Below are positions 55,396 through 64,000 of a DNA stretch of 64,000 nucleotides, in pieces; within the stretch, counting starts at the first letter, position 1; the number at the start of each line of letters is the position of its first letter. Where the stretch lies: NCBI GenBank assembly GCA_951406725.2, contig OX597814.1:39432001-39496000 (forward strand), given 5' to 3'. A model generated the notes under the pieces. That model saw only the letters and a program-made list of their open reading frames with translations, was not told where the DNA came from and ran no database searches. The position numbers and the translations under genes were made by a program. This DNA comes from Octopus vulgaris (taxonomy: Eukaryota).

Positions 55396-55454
55396 AATAT
55401 CGACGGAGGCGTGGATGTGTGGTAAGAATTTTTTTCCCAAACCAAAATGATCTA

Positions 55455-55650
55455 TGTTTAATCTTTCAAACTTTGACAGTAATACCTGTTTAGCGATTCC
55501 TTCCCGAGACATTCTTACCACTTGTCCGTAGTATTGGAACAATGTTCCTTCAGTAAGGAGAAGTAGCTGCTCTGCCTGGAACACGTTGTTGATATCCGGG
55601 CTCTATCCAGTAGCGTGCCGAAATACCCCACCTCGTCCGCTTCTATTCTA
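55455..55650 (-). mobile_element. RTE-clade LINE fragment
   Basis: LFQYYGQVVRMSREGIAKQVL resembles the RTE LRW.GHV.RM...R..K.VL motif. Confidence 0.65.
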
Positions 55651-55677
55651 TGTGTGTGTGTGTGTGGGGGGGGTATA

Positions 55678-55835
55678 CACACATTATTTACAATATTTAC
55701 ATTTAACGGATATTTGTCGTCATCTTGTTTGTTGTTGACACAACGCTTCGGCTGATATATCCTTCAGCCTTGAATGGGTGTCTTGGAGATATTTCGAACC
55801 TGGGTTCTCAACCCTAAGGTATTTTTCGATGTTAT

Positions 55836-55868
<33 letters not shown>

Positions 55869-56006
55869 TAATAGTATTATTATTATTATTATTATTCAAG
55901 TCAGTGCCTGGAATCGAACACAGACTCTTGGGGTTAGTAGCCTGCGCTCTTAAACGCTAGAGGCACGGTGTATGGCGTAGTGATTAAGCGCGCGGGCTAC
56001 TAGCCC
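55678..56006 (-). mobile_element. Family D element: tRNA-like head + (AAT)n + decayed hammerhead (55737-55782) + tail, with an inverted partial second head
   Basis: Minus-strand head ...TAAGAGCGCAGGCTACTAACCCCAAG...GTTCGATTCCAGGC; plus-strand tggcgtagtgattaagcgcgcgggctactagccc at 55973-56006; stems GACAC/GTGTC and GGCTGA/TCAGCC. Confidence 0.8.
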
Positions 56007-56009
56007 GAC

Positions 56010-56674
56010 TTTGGAATCCACTGCAACTCCTTGTTTAAGTTGGTGATTGCCACCATAATCCTTAATTTCACTTCATCTTTGGTGTTACAAGGAGTTTTGT
56101 TGGTCTCTCGATCAACTGCACTCCGCACATACTAATCAAAAGGGTTGCAGTCTAGTGGGTTAAGTGGCCAGATATTTAGGGTGATGTGTTTGCAGAAATT
56201 ATTGGACAGTCATGACTGGGTTCTCCAGCTTATGTAAAATAGTGCAGAGTCTTGTTGCCTGACATAGTCTCTCAGCAGCTTCAGTCTTCACCCATGGTAG
56301 CACTATCTCCTCTATGCACTTAATGTAGGCCTATGTGTTGAGTATAAGGCCGTGTGGGGAGAAGAACGGAGGTATGATATTGCCATCACTAGTGATCACT
56401 CCAAACACCGTGATGTTGCCTGGATGTTTGATATTTATGACTCTCAGTACATGCACTTTCCGCAGATTGACACCTAAACACTCTGAAACGCTCGTATTGA
56501 ATTTTCTGACAGAGTGAATTGCGTCATGGTGCTGTTTTCCTCCAAGACGGTGCCTAAGTAATCCTACTATACACTCTATTTTGTCGACCGTGTAGTCGAC
56601 AAAATGAAAAACAAACGATGTTCATGTACAAAACTAAAAATATAAAATGGCAACAATTTGTCCATCGCAAACTG
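56010..56674 (-). mobile_element. Second, deleted maT/DD37D-like copy
   Basis: TA|cagtttgcgatggacaaattgttgccattttata terminus matches 42887; WPLNPLDCNPFD*YV.SAVDRETNKTPCNTKDE. Confidence 0.85.
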
Positions 56675-56679
56675 TATAT

Positions 56680-57128
56680 TCTTTTATTCTTTCATTTGTT
56701 TCAGTCATTTGACTGCGGCCATACTGGAGCACCGCCCTTCGTTGAACAAATCGACCCTAGAACTCATTATTTGAAAGCATATTACTTATTCGATCGGTCT
56801 CTTTTTCCGAACCGCTAAGTTACGGGAATGTAAACACACCAGCTTCAGTTGTCAAGCGATGGTAGGGGTACAAACACAAACACACAAACACACACACACA
56901 CATACACACACACACAAACACACAAACACACATATACACACAGCCACACATATACACACAGACACACACACATACACACATATATATACGACTGGCTTCT
57001 TTCAGTTTCCACTCATAAGGCTTTGGCTGCCTCGAGTCTATAGTAGAAGACACTTGCCGAATGTGTCACGCAGTGGGACTGAACCAGGAACAATGTGATT
57101 GGTAAGCAAGCTGCTCACCACACAGCCA
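56680..57128 (-). mobile_element. Full SINE family A
   Basis: Colinear with 5085-5531; internal (CA)n expansion. Confidence 0.9.
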
Positions 57129-57151
57129 TATACATATATATACATACACAC

Positions 57152-57250
<99 letters not shown>

Positions 57251-58011
57251 GTGAGAGAGAGAGGGAGAAAGAGAGAGAGACAGAGACAGAAACCGAGAGA
57301 AATTGTATGATAGATATATGTTTATTTTTCTATGTGCATGTGTTTGTGTGCGTGTGTGTTTGTAGTGCATTTAGCATATATCATTGCGTCTTTATACTTT
57401 TGTTTAGACCACCACACACAATCGCACATACACGGAAGCAGACAGACACCCACGCACGCTCATATTTATATATACGTACATGCATGACTGCTTCTGTCTT
57501 ATAAACGTATATTCTTGTACGTTTGTCTTTAACACAATGGGAAGCGAATGTCCTGTCATATTCTACGAGAAGGAAGAAATATATATATTCAAAAATGTAT
57601 TCATATATTCTTCGTTGGTCGATGATCTTTGATGACCGTTTCCAGCAAAGCTTACTGACGTCCACTGTGGTCCAACCCACTAACTGGAACTATTATAATA
57701 ATAAAGCGTCAGAATTTCTGATTAGATTTACAAAAATACAAAAAATAAAATAATAAATAAAGGAAAGCAAATAAAAGTAAGGTGAAAGAAACTAGTCATA
57801 AGACGTGAAGTAAGATATGCTCACAGACATACACAAGTAGAGACAAGAGAGAGAGAGAGAGAGAACAATAAAGATATATACACGCTCAAAGAGAGAGAGA
57901 AAGACAGTAAAAGAAAGAAAATGCACAAATACACAAGGAGAGAGAGAGAAAAAGAAACATAAAGAAATATAGATACACACACATAGATAAATAGATAGTT
58001 AGAGAGCGAGC

Positions 58012-58046
<35 letters not shown>

Positions 58047-58741
58047 GCATACACTCTACGCACGCACAAACATATGGACACAAAGAAAGCGAATGAGGGA
58101 GAGCAAGATATTAAATAAATAAAAGGAACAAACACATACAAAAAATATAAGTGAAAGAAACAAATGAACTGTTTTCAGGCGAATGTAAAAATCCAAGAAT
58201 AAACTGCTGCCACTGACTCACTTGATGTGAAATACTTCTAAATATGCTCTTATGGCAACAAAGGATATAAATAAGAACAGACGAGAAATTATTCTAAGAC
58301 AAAAACAGTTAAAAAACTCAGTAAAATACAGCTCTTTCTAAGATTTATGAAAGTATACCACTTACAGTTTCTGAGATGTTTGTCGGTCTGTATGTTCTGT
58401 TTCCCGCTCTTTCAGTGTATGTATAGTTGTGTGTTCAATTGAATTATGATTATATATATGTATTTATATAAGTATGTATGTATGTATGTATGTAAGTTTG
58501 TATATGTATATGCATGCATGCATGTATGTATTCATGCATGTATGCACTTATGTATGCATGCAAGCATGTATGTATGTATGTATGTATGTATGTATGTACG
58601 AATATATGTACGTATGGAAAACAGCATGAATGTATATATGTATTTGTATGCATGTCTGTCATTGTTCTGTTTCATTTCAACATTTCTGAACAATGATATA
58701 TGTATGTATGAGGTATGTATGTGTATATAAATATATATATA

Positions 58742-58819
<78 letters not shown>

Positions 58820-59753
58820 TATATATATATATATATATATAGATATATATATATATATATATCCATATACATATCTTTATATATATATACATATATATAT
58901 GCGTGTGTATGTATGTATATAATGTTGAAAATGATGACGATGGGTGTGTTGGACGTGAGAGTATGTTTTTTAACTATTAATTTATATTACAATAAATTTA
59001 TTTGAACGTATCTAAAATAGGAAATACACAATAAAATGGACATTTATACATACAAAAAATAAGGCAAAATGACTGTCATATATTCATATAACAACATCAT
59101 ATACACACACACAAATACACACACATACACCTATACACACACGATGCATACGTACGCATATACATGCATACATACATACATACATATATATATACAAGCA
59201 GATATACATATGTATATGTATATATAAATAAATATATATATATGTGTATATATATATATATATGTATATAAACCCACACACACTCATATATACATTATTT
59301 CTACATGCATATGTGTGTGTGAGTGTGTGTGTATATGAATGTTTGTATGCTTATAAATATCTATATATATTGTACATAAATGTGCAAGCGTGTGTGTGTG
59401 TGTGTGTATGTCTGTGTGATTTATGAAGTGCCAAAATGATATATAACAGTGATACAAAAGATATAGAAAGGTAGGAAGGATGAAGAAGACGAGGACCAGT
59501 GACTGACATGACAACAACGTAATGCTTAACACGTCATTTAATGATCTATGAATAACATTAAAGAAGCATTAACAGTAGATTAAAGGCTCATAACTCAAAA
59601 ATATACTTGCAATATAATTTCATGTTTTTAGTTTTTATTCATCGTGGCGGTATTTAAACAGAAATGTTATATATATTCCCGAACACGCCAACATATGCGA
59701 ATGGGCCTTGAAGTTAGACTTTCGTTTGCTCTCTGTGCGCATGAAATATATAC

Positions 59754-59827
<74 letters not shown>

Positions 59828-59883
59828 TATATATATATATATATATATATACATTATATGTATATATATACACACACACACAT

Positions 59884-59915
<32 letters not shown>

Positions 59916-59944
59916 CATACATATACATATATATATATATACAC

Positions 59945-60001
<57 letters not shown>

Positions 60002-60935
60002 AATATACGCATACACAAACATACGCACACAACCACACATATAATATTTCATATTCTGTGTATATATATATGTACATGCATATGTGTGTGCATGTGCGTA
60101 TGTTTGTGTGTGCGCGCATATGTGTATGTGTATGTGTGTGTGTATGTGTGTGTGTGTCTGTGTATGTGCAAATGTAGTGTTGTCTAGAAGACGACCAGAA
60201 AACATAAAATAAAATCACATTGTATATAAGTACCAGAATAGGGGAAAATTTGAATAGTGTTACATTTCGGACAACTGTTTGTCGTCGAGAAGCAGAAATA
60301 AGGAGAGATAAATACGTCGTCGGTTACTGGCGGATGACATCATTTCCTTCTGGTGGAAGCGGCATTCACCAAAGCCGAAGGATGAAGAAGCATTTACCCT
60401 TACATGTTTTCCTATCATATTATATTGTATTGTATTATGTTATATTATATTATTTGGTTTAATATCACATAGTATTTTATTTTCTTGTATTAAGTCATAC
60501 ATATGTATATTCGAAGCGTTGTTCAAGTATGCAACAAGAAAGCTATGAGTAGTTTGATATTGGATGTAAGTACACTAAGAAAAAGGACACCTGAAAATAT
60601 ATGGCGTTTCGGACAGTTGTTTATTTATCAGTGACTGTAAAGTAGATAGGAAAGATGAAAGGAAAATTACGTGCAAGTCATGCGAATGGTAGGCCTGAGT
60701 GGTATTAGTAGATTAGTAGTTCGTGGAGCTACGTTTTACTATCTGAAAAGTAGAGAATTCGGAGAGTATGAGAGGTTATACAATATTCCTCTATATATGT
60801 GTGCATTCTTTGGTTGTGTGTTTGTGTGTGTGTGTGTGTGTATGTGGTCCTTGTCACTCATTCACATAAATACATTTATGATTTGTATACTACACACACG
60901 CACATACATACATGTACACACACATACATGCACAC

Positions 60936-60978
<43 letters not shown>

Positions 60979-61083
60979 TATATATACATATATATACATA
61001 TATATGTACATATATATACATACATATATATATCTATAAATATATACATATATATGTATATATATACAAACATATATATTTAT

Positions 61084-61115
<32 letters not shown>

Positions 61116-61269
61116 AGACGTACATATATATATATATATATATATTTCTATTTATATGCATGCATGTATGTATGTATCAATGTTTTATACAATTCATAAG
61201 GGTATGTGTGCGAACGAGTGAGAAGGGCTTTGTTTTGCACAGGAAGTCGTTATCAGTGTGAGATTTTGT

Positions 61270-61860
61270 TACGAAGGAGGTGGTCTTGCTGGAGGAAATG
61301 CCAAAGGAAATGAACACGATTATTAATTCCAGCTACGATGGCTGCGTTTAGTCCGTAAATCAATTGTTGATTACAGTGCAACGAGAAATAGGAAATATCT
61401 GGTGAAAGCAGAAGTTTGTGGTTAGGCTCGGCCTGGAAATTTATAATTATGTGATTGAAGTCGCAGTCATCTTATGTTAACTACGTTGGATGTCTGAAAA
61501 GTGCGATCATCCGGCTTGTGTGTGACAATGAAAAAAAAAGGAAATATGTACTGGAATTTTACGTAGATTGATATCACGTCTGGAAAAATGGAATCTTCAG
61601 GAAAGGTATTGAGGTATTTAAGAGTTTAGGTTATAGAAGACGGTTCTTTTACACGATGGCGTTTTCGTAAATTTGAGATAGTGATTTGGTAATTCTGATG
61701 GAAAATAGAGATTTCGAGGTGGTCAGCATATGAGGGAATTTGGGCTATATTCGGTTAATGGTAGAGGTGCGATGAATGAGTCGTTAACTGCTGGACTGAG
61801 GCAATTCTGTTTTGTGAAACTGTGGAATATGCGATGTAAATCAGTGGCTCACACTTTGAC
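61270..61860 (-). mobile_element. Highly decayed LINE (endonuclease end and linker)
   Basis: ADHLEISIF (SDH-like) and a downstream FLW-like linker; fragmentary frames. Confidence 0.3.
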
Positions 61861-61982
61861 GCTCGGCTACAAATTTAGCAGCGATGAACGATGTGCGTGT
61901 ATGGTACACCGGAAATCGCGTTCGCATGTGTGTGTATGCGTATATTTTTTTACTCAACATCGGCTTGAGAAATGTATATATA

Positions 61983-63607
61983 CATTTGCGGCCAAAATGT
62001 TCAGAACGGCATTGTTTTCGCCAGAAAAGTAGATATAAGTTTTTATCAAAGTTGTTTTGTATTCTATAATTTTCACAGATACTAAATACAATATTAATTG
62101 TTATTGTCTGAGATTTTGGTGTAATTTGAGAGCATAATACAAAAGTTATGGATGATTTGGGGATTTACTGCAAAACCCACGGAGGCCAAAATGATCAGAA
62201 CGGTTGAAAGAAATAACAAAACAATCAAAAATGACAGAAAATACTGGAATTATTTCATATTTAGTGTGAATCCCTTTAGCTTCAATCACACTTTGACATC
62301 TTCGACTGCATGAGGAAATTAAATTTTCAATATCTTGCTAGGTGATCTTATTCCATTCTTCCTGAAGGGCATTCCATAATTGCTCGGTTGTTTTAGGATT
62401 TCTGGCTTCCAAACGTTCTCCTAGAATATTCACACATTTTCAATAGGATTGAGATCTGGGCTTTGAGCAGGCCAATCCATAATAATAACCTTTTCAGCCT
62501 TGAGGAAGTTCATGACCACCTTAGCCTTGTGACATGGGGCATTGTCCTGCATGAATATGGGTGGTCGCTTAGTTGAATTTCTCAGCACAGGCAAGACATG
62601 ATCTTTTACAAGTTGTTTATAAACTCCTGACTTTACCTTTCTATGTAATCGCACCAAAGAGCCCACACCATCTCCAGATATCATTCCCCCAAACCATGAC
62701 ACTTCCTCCACTGAATTTAACACTAGTCTTAAGGCATTTAGGCGACAATTTTTCATCTACTTTTCAACGAACAAACCTTTTCCCATCTGAGCCAAATAAC
62801 ATAAACTTAGATTCATCACTGAAATGCACCGTTTGCCATTTTTCTTCAGACCACAACACATGTTCGGTTGCAAAAGTAAGACGACACTTTTTATTTTTGG
62901 AGCTGATCAGTGGCTTCACTGTAGGAGATCTTCCTTTTATGTTATGTTCAACTAAACGATGGGACACAGTTTTTCGAGATAACGTTTTCTTCAGTACAAA
63001 GCTCATTTCCCGAGAAACAGCAGCAGCAGCAGCTTTAAATCTGCCCTTTTTAACCAACTTTGCCATAGCACGATCTTCTCTCTTTATCGTCTTTCTTGGC
63101 CTACCTGTAGACTTTCTTGCTTCACATGAACCACAATCATCGAAGACCTTATGAATACCGTGAACAACACTTTTTGACTTGTTAACAATCTTTGCAATAG
63201 ACCCAATACTTAAATTATCCTTCTTTCGATGCTTAATAATCTGCTGACGAATTGGTAACGGAGTAAGTGGCATTATATTAACAAAGTACTCTGCAGATAT
63301 TCTTACTAATATTTAGTAAACGAACCATCACGTAAACAAATTCAAAACATTCGCCAGTTAAATATACTAAACACGGAGTAAAAGCAACCGTTCTGATCAT
63401 TTTGGCCACCATGGGTTTTGCAGTAAACCATTAAATCATCAATACTTTTGTATAGTCCTCTCAAATTACACCAAAATCTCAGACAATAACAATTAATATT
63501 GTATTTATTGTGTGTGAAAATTATATAATATAAAACAACTTCAATAAAAACTTATACCTACTTTTCTGGCGAAGACAATGCCGTTCTGAACATTTTGGCC
63601 GCAACTG
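61983..63607 (-). mobile_element. Near-full-length Tc1-family transposon with ~225-bp IR/DR TIRs
   Basis: TA TSD; TIRs ~61983-62206 and ~63385-63607, each with two ggccaaaatg(t/a)tcagaacgg direct repeats. Confidence 0.96.
62258..63273 (-). pseudogene. Tc1 DD34E transposase pseudogene
   Basis: HTH + GRPRK, FSDESKF, MVWG, QDNAPCH...SPDLNPIE (34 aa between D and E); stops near 62764, 62430 and 62340 and one frameshift near 62690. Confidence 0.95.
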
Positions 63608-63785
63608 TATATATATATATATACAGAGACAGAGAGAGAGATGCATAAGAATATAGATAGATCGTTAGTTAGATAGATAGATAGAGAGAGAGAGGGGTGG
63701 AGAAATTGAGAGAAGATTGATATATCTTTTTCCCCACTTTTACCTGTTTCAGTCATTGAACTCTGCCCATGCTATATTCATGTGA

Positions 63786-63828
<43 letters not shown>

Positions 63829-63842
63829 AGTGTGTGTGTGTA

Positions 63843-63908
<66 letters not shown>

Positions 63909-64000
63909 TGTGTGTGAGTGTTTGTATAAAATAATTGATAGGGAAAACAGAGTGTACTACAAGCCCTCTTTATAGTTTGACGATCGTTTCTGCTAACATC

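Overview
AT-rich, microsatellite-dense animal genomic DNA. The SINE families and repeat mix look octopus/cephalopod-like, which is an inference from recognition and not a database result. No host protein-coding exon could be supported; nearly all ORF-track entries are translations of (TA)n, (CA)n, (TAA)n or (GGT)n repeats. The window is mostly decayed transposons: an L1/Tx1-like LINE, CR1-group and RTE LINE fragments, a near-full-length IR/DR Tc1 (DD34E), two maT/DD37D-like copies, mariner and Tigger/pogo remnants, a composite non-autonomous Helitron with a PIF1 fragment, and many tRNA-derived SINEs. The most interesting layer is a set of type-I hammerhead ribozyme (HHR) motifs from several unrelated non-coding repeat families, folded by eye. 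They include a tRNA-headed element carrying an HHR, an 870-bp retrozyme-like unit with HHR-bearing direct repeats, and a cluster of HHRs at 28-30.6 kb. Also present are a ~1.5-kb foldback element whose arms are built from SINE tails, and several (TA)n-centred inverted duplications.
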